A stretch of DNA of 64,000 nucleotides from Candidatus Lustribacter sp. (GCA_965277805.1 OZ255842.1:1056001-1120000); one strand, 5' to 3'. Positions 53,513-63,339 are shown, counted from the first letter of the stretch. Notes: a model not told the origin generated them from the sequence alone. Numbers and translations: made by a program.

Positions 53513-55201
53513 ATGTCGGTTTTACTGTCATACCCGGGCGTCTACGTAGAAGAACTTCCGAGCGCCGTGCATGCCATCACGGGGGTGCCGACATCGATTC
53601 CGGCGTTCGTCGGACGCGCGCTGCGCGGCCCGACCGACACGGCAACGCCGGTCTCCAGCTACGCCGATTTCGGCCGTCAGTTCGGCGGCCTCGCCGTCGG
53701 CTACCCGATGAGCTACGCCGTGCGCGATTTCTTCGCCAACGGCGGCGGCCAAGCGATCATCGTGCGCGTCTGGTCCGGCGGCCCCGCGTCGTCTTCGTCG
53801 TCATCGAGCTTCAGCAGCTCGTCGCTCTCGAGCGCATCGTCGAGCAGCGGCTCGGGCTTCTCGCTGCCGCAGCAAGCCGACGGCATCGCGCGCACGAACG
53901 AGACCGACCCCGACACGATCGGGCTGGCCCTCCAAGCGCAGAGCCCCGGAACGTGGGGCAACAAGGTCACGGTGGCGGTGTCGATTCCCTCGCCGCCGAT
54001 CGACGCGCAAACGGCCCTCAATCTCGGCTACAGCGATCCCGCGCAGCTCTTCACGCTGCTCGTCACCGACACGGGCTCAGGCACGAGCGAGACGATTCGC
54101 AACGTGTCGGTCGTGGCCGGGCAGCGCCGCCTCGATCAGGTGCTGCTGATGGAGTCGCAGCTCGTGCGGGTGCAGATCGATCCATCGACGCTCAAGCCGA
54201 TCTTGCCCGCGACGGCCCCTGGTGCCTCGAGCACGATTTCGTTGAGCGGCGGCGGCGACGGCGACATCGTCACCGATCCGACCGTCTACGTGCCGGCCGA
54301 CGGCAGCAGCAAAGGCATCTACGCGCTCGAGTACGCCGGCATCTTCAACTTGCTCGCGATTCCGCCCGACAGCGCCACGCCCGACAGCATGCTGTGGACG
54401 TCGTCGGGCGCGCTCTACACCGGCGTCTACCCCTTGGCCCTTGCGTACTGTAAGCAGAAACGCGCGGTGCTGATCGTCGATCCACCCTACGATTGGTTGA
54501 CCGTGCAAGACGCGAAAGGCGGACCGGGTTCGCTCAACCTTGCGGCCGACGGGGATTTCGGCGCGCTCTACTTCCCCATGCTGGTCGAGGCCGACCCGTT
54601 GCGTCAAGGTCAGCTCAACACCTATCCGCCCTCGGGAGCGATCTGCGGCGTCATCGCAGCCACCGACAACGCGCGCGGCGTATGGAAGGCCCCGGCCGGC
54701 ATCGACGCGGGCTTCATCGGCGTGCAAGATCTTGCGGTTTCGCTGAGCGACGCCGATAGCGGTACGCTCAATCCGACCGGAACGAACTGCCTGCGCAATT
54801 TCCCGTTCACCGGCAACGTGATATGGGGGGCGCGCACGATGCGCGGCGCCGACCAGCTCACCGACCAGTACAAATACTTGCCGGTCCGGCGCTTGGCGCT
54901 CTACCTCGAACTGAGCCTGCAGCAAGGGCTGCAATGGGTGGTGTTCGAGCCGAACGACGAGCCGCTGTGGTCGTCGATCCGTCTCAACGTGCAGTCGTTC
55001 ATGCAGGAGCTGTTCAAGAAAGGCGCCTTCGCCAGCACGACGCCCGCCACGGCGTATCTCGTCAAATGCGACAGCGAGACCACGACGTCGACCGATCAAG
55101 CCAACGGCGTCGTAAACATCCTCGTCGGCTTCGCGCCGCTCTATCCGGCGGAGTTCGTCGTTTTGCAGATCCAACAACTCGCCGGACAGACGGGGAGCTA
55201 A
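53513..55201 (+). CDS. Contractile tail sheath protein (eCIS, Afp2/3/4-like)
   Basis: YPGVYVEE, AFVGRALRGP, DFFANGG, PPSGAICG, RGVWKAPAG, WGARTM, YLPVRR, WVVFEPNDEPLW, GFAPLYPAEFV. Confidence 0.95.
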   Translation: MSVLLSYPGVYVEELPSAVHAITGVPTSIPAFVGRALRGPTDTATPVSSYADFGRQFGGLAVGYPMSYAVRDFFANGGGQAIIVRVWSGGPASSSSSSSFSSSSLSSASSSSGSGFSLPQQADGIARTNETDPDTIGLALQAQSPGTWGNKVTVAVSIPSPPIDAQTALNLGYSDPAQLFTLLVTDTGSGTSETIRNVSVVAGQRRLDQVLLMESQLVRVQIDPSTLKPILPATAPGASSTISLSGGGDGDIVTDPTVYVPADGSSKGIYALEYAGIFNLLAIPPDSATPDSMLWTSSGALYTGVYPLALAYCKQKRAVLIVDPPYDWLTVQDAKGGPGSLNLAADGDFGALYFPMLVEADPLRQGQLNTYPPSGAICGVIAATDNARGVWKAPAGIDAGFIGVQDLAVSLSDADSGTLNPTGTNCLRNFPFTGNVIWGARTMRGADQLTDQYKYLPVRRLALYLELSLQQGLQWVVFEPNDEPLWSSIRLNVQSFMQELFKKGAFASTTPATAYLVKCDSETTTSTDQANGVVNILVGFAPLYPAEFVVLQIQQLAGQTGS

Positions 55202-55207
55202 CGCACA

Positions 55208-55729
55208 ATGCCGGAGTTTAGCGTCAATCCCAAGCGCTTCGATCCCTACAAGAATTTCAAATTTCGCGTCAAGTGGGACGGCAAGTACGTTGCCGGGATG
55301 AGCAAGGTCAGCGCGCTCAAACGCACGACCGAAGTCGTGAAATTTCGCGAGGGCGGCGACCCGAGCACCTCGCGCAAGTCGCCGGGCCGCAGCGAGTTCG
55401 ATGCGATCACGCTCGAGCGCGGCGTGACGCAAGACCTCGAATTCGAAGCGTGGGCGAATAAAGTCTGGAACCTCGGCGCGGGCCTCGGGTCGGAAGTGTC
55501 GCTGGCGGATTTTCGTAAAGACGTCATCCTCGACATGTTCAACGAAGCCGGCCAAAAGGTGATCTCGTACAAGATTTTCCGGTGCTGGGTGTCGGAGTTT
55601 CAGGCGACGGCCGATTTCGATGCCAACGCGAATGCCGTGCTGATCCAGCACATCAAACTCGAGAACGAGGGCTGGGAACGCGACGAGAGCGTCGTCGAGC
55701 CGCGCGAGCCGACCCTCAATCCGAATTAG
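55208..55729 (+). CDS. Tail tube protein (T4 gp19/Afp1-like)
   Basis: DPYKNFKFRVKWDG, FREGGD, KSPGR, ITLERGVT, FRKD, LENEGW. Confidence 0.93.
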   Translation: MPEFSVNPKRFDPYKNFKFRVKWDGKYVAGMSKVSALKRTTEVVKFREGGDPSTSRKSPGRSEFDAITLERGVTQDLEFEAWANKVWNLGAGLGSEVSLADFRKDVILDMFNEAGQKVISYKIFRCWVSEFQATADFDANANAVLIQHIKLENEGWERDESVVEPREPTLNPN

Positions 55730-56428
55730 GTGGCTTCCGTGCTGGCGCTGCCGGATGCATCGTCGCTGCTGGACGTGTGGGAACGCGGCGAACGCGAACA
55801 CGCGATCGACCGTGCCCTCTCGCTCCTGGCCGCGTTCACCGGCCTGCCGCGTGCCGGCCTCGCCGCGCTCGGCATCCATCAGCGCGACAGCCTCCTGATT
55901 CGCAGCCGCATCCTCGCGTTCGGCAACCTGCTGACCGGCGTCGTCGATTGTCCCGCGTGCGCGGCGGAGTTGGAACTGGAGTTGACGCTTACCGAGCCGC
56001 CCGAACTTCCGTCCGGCGGCGCGCTCGCCGTTGATGGGCGCAGCATCGCCTTTCGCGCCCCCGACAGCTACGATCTCGCCGCCGTTGCGGTGTGCGCGGA
56101 TGTAGAAGAAGGCCGAGCGCTCCTGCGCGCGCGTTGCATCGCGGCCGATGCACCGCTCTCCGAGGATGCGCTGCTCGCTGCCGAGAGCGCACTCGATACG
56201 CTGTGCGATCCGGCGACGATCGGCGTCAGCGCCACGTGTCCGGCCTGCGCGACGCCGTTTGCGCCGGCGATCGATATCGCGACGATCTTGTGGCGCGAGA
56301 TTGCGACCTACGCGCAGCGCGTGTTCGACGAAGTGCACGTGCTCGCGTTGCGCTACGGCTGGACGGAAGCCGAGGTGCTCGCGCTCCCGGACGTTCGCCG
56401 GCGCCGGTATGTCGAGACGTTCGCATGA
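55730..56428 (+). CDS. eCIS accessory protein with two CxxC motifs (baseplate/tail assembly)
   Basis: CPAC twice; C-terminal EVHVLALRYGWTEAEVLAL..RRRRY; position after the tube gene. Confidence 0.7.
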   Translation: MASVLALPDASSLLDVWERGEREHAIDRALSLLAAFTGLPRAGLAALGIHQRDSLLIRSRILAFGNLLTGVVDCPACAAELELELTLTEPPELPSGGALAVDGRSIAFRAPDSYDLAAVAVCADVEEGRALLRARCIAADAPLSEDALLAAESALDTLCDPATIGVSATCPACATPFAPAIDIATILWREIATYAQRVFDEVHVLALRYGWTEAEVLALPDVRRRRYVETFA

Positions 56429-57048
56429 CCGCATTCCTCACGCGCGTCGCGGAACGCGCGCTCGGGCGCGGCAACGCGCTGCGCCCGGTCGTGAACCGCT
56501 ATCTCGTCGCCGTGCGCGACGACGACGCCCGCGGCACGCTCGCGCCTGCGAACGTCCCGGCGGTTACGCCGAACGGCGGCTCGGTCAAGCTGGAGACGCC
56601 GCTGCGCGTGGGTCGCGGTGACGCACCGCCACGCGATGATGCGCGGGCACGCATCGATGCCGGCGTCGTGACGGCGGACGCCGCCGCCGTGCGGCAACCA
56701 ACACCGGCGGCAGCGAGCGCGGAACTGGTGCACCTCATGCCGCAGCCCGCCGATTCGGCGCGCGCGGAGGCGGAGCGCTCGCAGCCGGACCGCGCGCAAC
56801 CCGAGCGCGTGTCGTCGCAGGTGCGCACCGAGCCGCGACTGTTGCCGCTCGAACGTGCGCCGGCGTCCATCATCGAGCGCGCGCCCTCCGGTGCTCCTGC
56901 CGAGCCGCCGACGGTGCACGTGCATATCGGTCGTATCGACGTTCGCGCGATCGAGGCATCGCCGGCGAAACCGGCGCCGGATCGAACGGCGCCGCGCGGT
57001 CCGTCACTGGCGGAACACTTGCGCGCCCGGGAGCGCAACGTCCGTTGA
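56425..57048 (+). CDS. Hypothetical eCIS protein, low-complexity middle
   Basis: ATGA overlap; C-terminal PTVHVHIGRIDVRA...SLAEHL motif. Confidence 0.6.
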   Translation: MTAFLTRVAERALGRGNALRPVVNRYLVAVRDDDARGTLAPANVPAVTPNGGSVKLETPLRVGRGDAPPRDDARARIDAGVVTADAAAVRQPTPAAASAELVHLMPQPADSARAEAERSQPDRAQPERVSSQVRTEPRLLPLERAPASIIERAPSGAPAEPPTVHVHIGRIDVRAIEASPAKPAPDRTAPRGPSLAEHLRARERNVR

Positions 57049-58334
57049 GCACGGCATTGGCGCTGGCGGCGACGTCACGCGTGATCGCCGCGGTGATCGA
57101 CGACGCCGTGGCTGCCGCACGCTCCGCGTTGCCGGGCATTCTCGGTGCCGCGACCACGACGTCGTCGCCTCCCGACAAGCTCGACACGTCGATCGATGGC
57201 GAAGTGACGAATCTCAACCTGTTTCTCTATCACGTGACCTACAATCAAGGCTGGCGCGAGGCCGGGCTGCCCACCCGTGACGGCAACGGCAACGCGATCG
57301 GACGCGCGCCGCTGGCGCTCGACCTGCATTACCTCCTGAGCGCGTATAGCGCCGGGGACTACGAGGCGCAGATGATGCTCGGCATCGGCATGCAAGCGCT
57401 GCACGAGATGCCGTTTCTGTTCCGGCAAAAGATTCAAGACGTGTTCGCTGCCGCGGCGACCGATGTCGACAAAGCACTCGCGACGGCCGATCTGCCCAAT
57501 CAGCTCGAGTTGATGAAAATCACGCCGCAACAGCTGACGACGGACGAACTGGCCAAACTCTGGACCGCGTTCCCGAGCAAGTTCCGCGTTTCGGCGGGCT
57601 ATGAAGTGTCGGTTGCGCTGATCGAAACGAAAGCGCCGTTCACGGCGCCGCTGCCGGTACTGACCTCGAACGTCACGGTCGTGCCGTTCAGCGAACCGTC
57701 GATCGACGCGATCGTGCCGCAAGCCATCGCGTTCGCGCCGGGCGCATCGATCGCGCTGCTCGGCAGCAATTTGCCCGGATCGAACACCGTCGTCATCTTC
57801 GATGGCGCGCCGTCCCTGCCGCAAACGCCCACGGTCGTCGGGAACGGCGCATCGGTCACGGTGCCGCTGCCGGCGTTGCCCGCCGGCATCAACACGCTGC
57901 ACGTTTCGCGCGAGGTCGATCTCGACGGCACACCGACCCCGTTCGCAGCGTCGAACGTCGCATCGTTCGTGCTGCAGCCGGTCATCCAGCGCGATACGAC
58001 CGCCCCATTCCCCTACCTGATCGACGTGAGTGCGGCCGATCCGTCGACCGGTGTCGTGTCGGTGACGGTCAGCATCGATCCGCCGCTGGTCGCCGGTCAG
58101 ATGGTGTCATTGTTGCTCACGCAGCTCGGCGCCGTGCCGCCGGCGACCGCGTTGTCCTACATGTTCGATGCGGATCCGGCGGACATCACGTTCCCCGGAT
58201 CGGTCATCTTTCGCACGCTCGGGGTAGCAACTGGATTCGACTACCTGGTGCGCGTGCGGGTCGACGGTGCGGATAGCCCGCTCGACATCGATCCCGTCAC
58301 GAAGCAGTTCGTCACGCCGGCGGCGGCCTTCTGA
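57045..58334 (+). CDS. DUF4255/Pvc16-like tail terminator with IPT/TIG-like extension
   Basis: LNLFLYHV..N.GWR, PLALDLHYLLSAY, LWTAF, AGYEVSVALIE; TTG start. Confidence 0.85.
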   Translation: MSTALALAATSRVIAAVIDDAVAAARSALPGILGAATTTSSPPDKLDTSIDGEVTNLNLFLYHVTYNQGWREAGLPTRDGNGNAIGRAPLALDLHYLLSAYSAGDYEAQMMLGIGMQALHEMPFLFRQKIQDVFAAAATDVDKALATADLPNQLELMKITPQQLTTDELAKLWTAFPSKFRVSAGYEVSVALIETKAPFTAPLPVLTSNVTVVPFSEPSIDAIVPQAIAFAPGASIALLGSNLPGSNTVVIFDGAPSLPQTPTVVGNGASVTVPLPALPAGINTLHVSREVDLDGTPTPFAASNVASFVLQPVIQRDTTAPFPYLIDVSAADPSTGVVSVTVSIDPPLVAGQMVSLLLTQLGAVPPATALSYMFDADPADITFPGSVIFRTLGVATGFDYLVRVRVDGADSPLDIDPVTKQFVTPAAAF

Positions 58335-60088
58335 TGCAGGTACTCGACCCGGCCGCCGGCCTCGCCGATGCAAACCAGCGCGCGTTGATGCGGGAAATCG
58401 CGCGTCTGCGCACGCTGCTCGATGACGGTCCCGCCGCACCCGCGGACTCCGAAACGCCGCCGGCGCTCGACCGCGTCTGCCGGACGTTCGAGCTCTCCGC
58501 CTTCGAACGCGCGATCCTCGTGATGTGCGCGGCGATGGAACTCGACGGCTCGTTCCGCGACCTGTGCGCGGCGGCCAACGGTGATCCGGCGCGTCCGTAT
58601 CCAACGTTCGGGCTGGCGCTCGCGGCATTGCCGGACGCGCATTGGAGCGCCGTCACCCCGCAGGCGCCGCTCCGCCGCTGGTCGCTGATCGCGGTCGGTG
58701 CCGAACCCTCGCTGATCTGCGCTCCGCTGCGCATTGACGAGAGCATCCTGCACGAACTGGCCGGCGCCGGAGCGGTCGATGCGCGGCTCAGGCCGTTGCT
58801 CGCTTCCGCCGGCGCGCGCCCCGATCTCTCGGGCGAGCAGCTCGCGGCCGCGAAGTGCGTGGCTGCGCTGCTCGAGCGTGTGCGCAACGAACCCCCGCTG
58901 GTGCAAATCGTCGGCTCGGATGCGGCGGCGAACGCTGCCATCGCCGCTGCCGCGTGTGCGCTGCGGGAACAGCGCTGTGTCGCGCTCGACGCCCGCACGC
59001 TCCCGCGCGATCCTGGCGATCTCGAGCGCATTTCCGTTGCGTGCGCGCGCGAGTCGCGCCTGCACGATGCCGTGCTCTACCTCGATGTTAGCGGCATCGA
59101 CGAAGGACCCGACCTGCAGCTTGCCATCGTGTTCGGCGAACGCACCGAAACGCCGGTGATCGTCGGCGCGCGCGACACCGTAATTTTTCCGCGCCGCGGT
59201 GCGAACGCCGTTCCGGCGGGCAATGCGTCTCCCGGCGATGCGGACCATCCCTCGGCGGTCGTCACGGCCGCGCGCGCACGGCTCGATGCGCTCGCGCAAC
59301 GACTGCCGCGTGACGCCGCTCGGGCGCTCGTGCTGCCGGCCGCACAACGGATGCTGCTGGCCGACATCGTGAGCCACGCGCGCAACCGCACGCGCGTCTA
59401 CGATGAGTGGGGCATGGGCGGCGCGGGTGCATCCGGCTTGAGTCTCAGCGCGCTGTTTCACGGTCCCAGCGGCACCGGCAAGACGCTCGCCGCGCAAGCG
59501 GTGGGCTACGCGCTCGGTCTCGACGTGTACCGCGTCGACCTCAGCCGCCTCGTCAGCAAGTACATCGGCGAGACAGAAAAAAATCTGCGTCGCGTTTTCG
59601 ATGCGGCGGAGGACGCGCGCGTCGTGCTGCTCTTCGATGAGTGCGACGCCGTCTTCGGCCGGCGCGGCGAGGTGCAGCACGGACAAGACCGCTACGCGAA
59701 CTTGGAGGTCAGTTACCTCTTGCAGCGCATCGAAGCCTACGACGGCGTCGCTATTCTCACGACGAACATGCGCAACGCGCTCGACCCGGCGTTCTTGCGC
59801 CGCATTCGCTTCGTCATCGCGTTTCCGTTCCCGGACTTCGAGCAGCGGTTGGCAATTTGGGAGCGGTCGTTTCCGGACGCGGTGCCGACCGAGGGCCTCG
59901 ATTTTCGTAAGACCGCGCGGCTCAACGTCGCCGGCGGCAACATCCGCAATATCGCGCTCAACGCGGCCTTCCGCGCGGCGGACGCGCGGCGGCCGGTGCG
60001 CATGGAAGACGTTCTTCACGCAGCGGTTGCCGAATGTTTGAAGATCGAACGCAAGCCGAGCGATCTCGAGATCGGCGGCTGGCTATGA
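58334..60088 (+). CDS. eCIS AAA+ ATPase (Afp15/Pvc15-like)
   Basis: PTFGLAL, GPSGTGKT, VSKYIGETEKNL, LFDECDAVFG, DRYANLEVSYLLQRIE, AFLRR. Confidence 0.92.
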   Translation: MQVLDPAAGLADANQRALMREIARLRTLLDDGPAAPADSETPPALDRVCRTFELSAFERAILVMCAAMELDGSFRDLCAAANGDPARPYPTFGLALAALPDAHWSAVTPQAPLRRWSLIAVGAEPSLICAPLRIDESILHELAGAGAVDARLRPLLASAGARPDLSGEQLAAAKCVAALLERVRNEPPLVQIVGSDAAANAAIAAAACALREQRCVALDARTLPRDPGDLERISVACARESRLHDAVLYLDVSGIDEGPDLQLAIVFGERTETPVIVGARDTVIFPRRGANAVPAGNASPGDADHPSAVVTAARARLDALAQRLPRDAARALVLPAAQRMLLADIVSHARNRTRVYDEWGMGGAGASGLSLSALFHGPSGTGKTLAAQAVGYALGLDVYRVDLSRLVSKYIGETEKNLRRVFDAAEDARVVLLFDECDAVFGRRGEVQHGQDRYANLEVSYLLQRIEAYDGVAILTTNMRNALDPAFLRRIRFVIAFPFPDFEQRLAIWERSFPDAVPTEGLDFRKTARLNVAGGNIRNIALNAAFRAADARRPVRMEDVLHAAVAECLKIERKPSDLEIGGWL

Positions 60089-60342
60089 GGGGCCCGCGCA
60101 TCGTCGTCACGATCGGCGAAGTCCGCCTGCACGGTTTCGATCCGCGCGAACGCGCGGCGATCGGCGCGGCGCTCGCCGGCGAGCTGCAGCGGCTCTTCGC
60201 TGCGCAACCGCCGCCGCCGCTGGCGCGAAACGTTCGCCGCATCGATGCGGGCACGGCGCCGGCGCCGCGCTCCGGCGCCCCCGCGCGCGTGGCGGCGAGC
60301 GTGGCGGCCGGCGTCCATCGCGAGGTGAAAGCGCTATGCTGA
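60085..60342 (+). CDS. Small hypothetical eCIS protein
   Basis: ATGA overlap; IVVTIGEVRLHGF motif. Confidence 0.6.
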   Translation: MRGPRIVVTIGEVRLHGFDPRERAAIGAALAGELQRLFAAQPPPPLARNVRRIDAGTAPAPRSGAPARVAASVAAGVHREVKALC

Positions 60343-60968
60343 AGGGCGGCATCGTCCTCGTGGATTCGACGACCTCGGCCGTGCTGCAGGTCATTTCGCT
60401 GCAGTACAATCCCGAAACGATCACGCGCACGCTGGCGGTGCAAGGCGTCGGCGCGGACAGCGGCCCGCACGTCGATCAGCTCCGGCTCAAAGGGCCGCCG
60501 ATCGAAACGATCAAGCTCGATGCCGAATTCGACGCGGCCGACATGCTGAACGCGCCGCAGCAGAATCCCGTCGTCGTGCAGAACGGCATCGGCCCGGTGC
60601 TCGCGACGCTCGAACTCATCATCTATCCGACGAGCACGCAACTGCAAACCGCGAACACCAACGCGCAGAACGGCACGCTCGAGATCATCCCGATGGACGC
60701 GCCGCTAACGCTCTTCGTGTGGAGCAAGTCGCGCGTGGTCCCCGTTCGTTTCACCGAGTTCAGCATCACCGAAGAGATGTTCGACAGCGCGCTCAACCCG
60801 ATCCGCGCGAAAGTCTCGCTCGGCATGCGCGTGCTCACGATCGACGACCTCACCTTTTCCTCGGCCGGGGGCAGCATCTACATGGCCTACCAGCAGCAGA
60901 AGGAACGTCTCGCCCGGTCGGCCGCCGGCGGACGTCTCTCGGCGCTGGGGATCGCGAGCATCCCGTGA
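60336..60968 (+). CDS. Tube-initiator-like CIS protein (Afp7 N-terminal-like)
   Basis: QYNPETITRTL, LFVWSKSRVVPV, ITEEMFD..LNPIRAKV. Confidence 0.7.
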   Translation: MLKGGIVLVDSTTSAVLQVISLQYNPETITRTLAVQGVGADSGPHVDQLRLKGPPIETIKLDAEFDAADMLNAPQQNPVVVQNGIGPVLATLELIIYPTSTQLQTANTNAQNGTLEIIPMDAPLTLFVWSKSRVVPVRFTEFSITEEMFDSALNPIRAKVSLGMRVLTIDDLTFSSAGGSIYMAYQQQKERLARSAAGGRLSALGIASIP

Positions 60969-61321
60969 ACGATACGCTTACCGCGCTGCTCTCCGCCGGA
61001 GCGGTGCCGCAGACGGCTTACGCCCCGAACAGCCGGTACTACGGTCCGGCTCCCCTCACATACACGGCGCCCGACGGAACCACGGTCAACTACGTGCCGC
61101 GCCGCTTCATCCCGCAGCCGGCGAGTTTTTCCACGATCGGCGTGCACGCCGTGGCCGCTGGCGAGCGCGTCGACGTGATGGCGACGCAGTTCTTCGGCGA
61201 TCCGCTGCTGTACTGGCGCCTCTGCGATGCGAACCTCGCGCAGCGTCCGGACGATCTCGAAGCGCCGGGCCTCGTCATTCGCATCACGCTGGCCGCCGCA
61301 TTCGCGAGCCGCGCGACATGA
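60965..61321 (+). CDS. LysM/tail-X-like baseplate protein
   Basis: GTGA overlap; SRY, HAVAAGERVD.MA..FFGDPLLYWRLCDAN. Confidence 0.8.
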   Translation: MNDTLTALLSAGAVPQTAYAPNSRYYGPAPLTYTAPDGTTVNYVPRRFIPQPASFSTIGVHAVAAGERVDVMATQFFGDPLLYWRLCDANLAQRPDDLEAPGLVIRITLAAAFASRAT

Positions 61322-62445
61322 CGGGCGGAATCCAGCTGCAGCTCTTCATCGGCCCGGCGGTGCCGCTCGCCGTGCCCGAGGTGGTGCTCGACGCGCTCGA
61401 GAGCGTCGAAGTCACCGCGAAGGCGATCGGCACGAGCGGTTTCAAGCTCAACTTCAACATCGACGTGAACTCGCCGCTGCAGACGCTGTTTCTGGTAGGC
61501 GGGGGCGCCTCGATTCCGCTCTTGCGCATCGTCGTCGCGGTGACGTTCAACGGTTCGCAGACGGTGCTGATCGACGGCGTGATGACCGATCACCACGTCG
61601 GCACCGACGTCAAGAACGGCAAGACCACGCTCACGCTGATCGGTGAAGACCTGACCCGCGTGATGGACTACCTCGACTTGTCCGGCATCCCGCTTCCCTG
61701 CATGCCGGCCGAAGCGCAAGTGCTGCTGCAACTCGCACCGTACGCCGTGCTCGGCGTCGTGCCGATGGTGATCCCGAGCGTGCTGGTCGACATCCCGATA
61801 CCGATCGACCGCATCCCGCGCACGAAGGGCACCTCGCTCGGGCACATCCGCCGGCTCGCCGACCAATGCGGTTACGTGTTCTACATCGATCCCGGTCCGT
61901 CGGTCGGCATGAGCACCGCCTACTGGGGGCCGCAAATCAAATGGGGCCCGGTGCAGCCGGCGCTCGGAATCGACGCCGACGCGTCGACGAACGTCGAGCA
62001 ATTGCAATTCACCTTCGACAACGATCACAACGTGCTGCCGATCGTGATCATTCAGGAGCCCATGACCAAGATTCCGATTCCCATTCCCGTCGGCGCGATC
62101 TCGCCGCTCAATCCCCCGCTGGGTGCGATCCCTTCGATTCCGAAGAAGATCGCGGTTTCCACGATGGCGGCGAAGTGGTCGGCAATGCGAGCCGCGCTCA
62201 TCGCGATGGCGAAGGCCTCGCAAGCCGCCGATTGCGTGAAGGCCACCGGGACGCTCGATGTCTTGCGCTACGGCAGCTTGCTGATGCCGCGCAAGCTGGT
62301 CGGCGTGCGCGGCGCCGGCACCGCGTTCGATGGCCTCTACTACGTGAACGCGGTGACGCACAGCTTCAAGCGGGGTGAGTACAAGCAGAGCTTCGAGCTG
62401 ACGCGCAACGGGCTCGTGTCGACGGTTTCGAGCGTGCCGGCATGA
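61318..62445 (+). CDS. Baseplate hub protein (gp27/VgrG N-terminal-like)
   Basis: LIDGVMT, LTLIGEDL, GYVFYIDPGP, RYGSLL, GLYYVNAVTH, YKQSFELTR. Confidence 0.75.
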   Translation: MTGGIQLQLFIGPAVPLAVPEVVLDALESVEVTAKAIGTSGFKLNFNIDVNSPLQTLFLVGGGASIPLLRIVVAVTFNGSQTVLIDGVMTDHHVGTDVKNGKTTLTLIGEDLTRVMDYLDLSGIPLPCMPAEAQVLLQLAPYAVLGVVPMVIPSVLVDIPIPIDRIPRTKGTSLGHIRRLADQCGYVFYIDPGPSVGMSTAYWGPQIKWGPVQPALGIDADASTNVEQLQFTFDNDHNVLPIVIIQEPMTKIPIPIPVGAISPLNPPLGAIPSIPKKIAVSTMAAKWSAMRAALIAMAKASQAADCVKATGTLDVLRYGSLLMPRKLVGVRGAGTAFDGLYYVNAVTHSFKRGEYKQSFELTRNGLVSTVSSVPA

Positions 62446-63005
62446 CGGCCATGGCAACCGGCGGCGACCAAAGCCTCGACTCGCAAGCCGGCAACGAGTC
62501 GCAGCGTTTTTACGGAAAATACCGTGCGGTCTGCATCAACAACGTCGATCCGATGCAGATCGGCCGCATTCAGGTCATCGTGCCGGACGTCTCGACCGTG
62601 TTGCCCAGCTCATGGGCGCTGCCGTGCTTTCCCACCGGCGGAATTCAAATGGGGATCGTGAGCGTCCCGGTTGTGGGCGCCGGCGTGTGGGTCGAATTCG
62701 AGCAGGGCGATCCCGACTATCCGATCTGGGTCGGCTGTTACTACGGCGAGGCCGCGGAGGTGCCGCTGCTCTCGCACCTCGCACCGCCGGAAGTCCCGGC
62801 CATCACGCTGCAGACGGCACTGCAGAACGGCATCATCATCAGCGACGTGCCCGGCCCGACGGGCGGGATCATGCTCAAGAGCGCGCTCGGCGCGACCTTG
62901 ATCGTCAACGACACCGGGATCTACATCCAAAACGGGAAGGGCGCGATGATCACGCTGGTCGGTCCGACCATCGTGATGAACGAAGGCGCGCTGACGGTGA
63001 TGTAA
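62442..63005 (+). CDS. Baseplate assembly protein V / spike (gp5 OB-fold)
   Basis: FYGKYRA, NNVDP, GRIQV.VP, WALPC, P.VGAGVWVEFEQGDPDYPIWVG. Confidence 0.9.
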   Translation: MTAMATGGDQSLDSQAGNESQRFYGKYRAVCINNVDPMQIGRIQVIVPDVSTVLPSSWALPCFPTGGIQMGIVSVPVVGAGVWVEFEQGDPDYPIWVGCYYGEAAEVPLLSHLAPPEVPAITLQTALQNGIIISDVPGPTGGIMLKSALGATLIVNDTGIYIQNGKGAMITLVGPTIVMNEGALTVM

Positions 63006-63006
63006 C

Positions 63007-63339
63007 GTGCCTGGACCGCTGTATAACGTCGGTGCGGTGTGCATGTGCCCGCACGGCGGCATGGTGACCGCGATTTCCTCGGACACGCGCGTGTTCGTTA
63101 CCGGCATGCCCGTCGCGACGATGGCCGATCAGTTTCTCGTTGCCGGTTGCGTCTTCAACATCGCCGGAGCGCCGACGCCGTGCCTACGCGTTCAGTGGCT
63201 CACCAGCGCGACGCGCGTGCTCGTGAACGGCGTTCCCCCGATCACCGCGTTGAGCACGGGGCTCTCGATGCTGGTGACGGGTGCGCCGGCCGGTCCGCCG
63301 ATCATCGTCCAAACGCAACCGCGGGTCTCGGCGTTATGA
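63007..63339 (+). CDS. PAAR-like spike tip (DUF4280-like)
   Basis: CMCPHGG, GC.F, PC..VQW, RVLVNG.P. Confidence 0.75.
   Translation: MPGPLYNVGAVCMCPHGGMVTAISSDTRVFVTGMPVATMADQFLVAGCVFNIAGAPTPCLRVQWLTSATRVLVNGVPPITALSTGLSMLVTGAPAGPPIIVQTQPRVSAL

Noticed and set aside
55727-55732. Programmed readthrough fusing tube to the next gene (TAG GTG in frame)
   Set aside because: The same abutting in-frame stop/start occurs at 10991/10992 and 16780/16781, so it looks like ordinary gene packing
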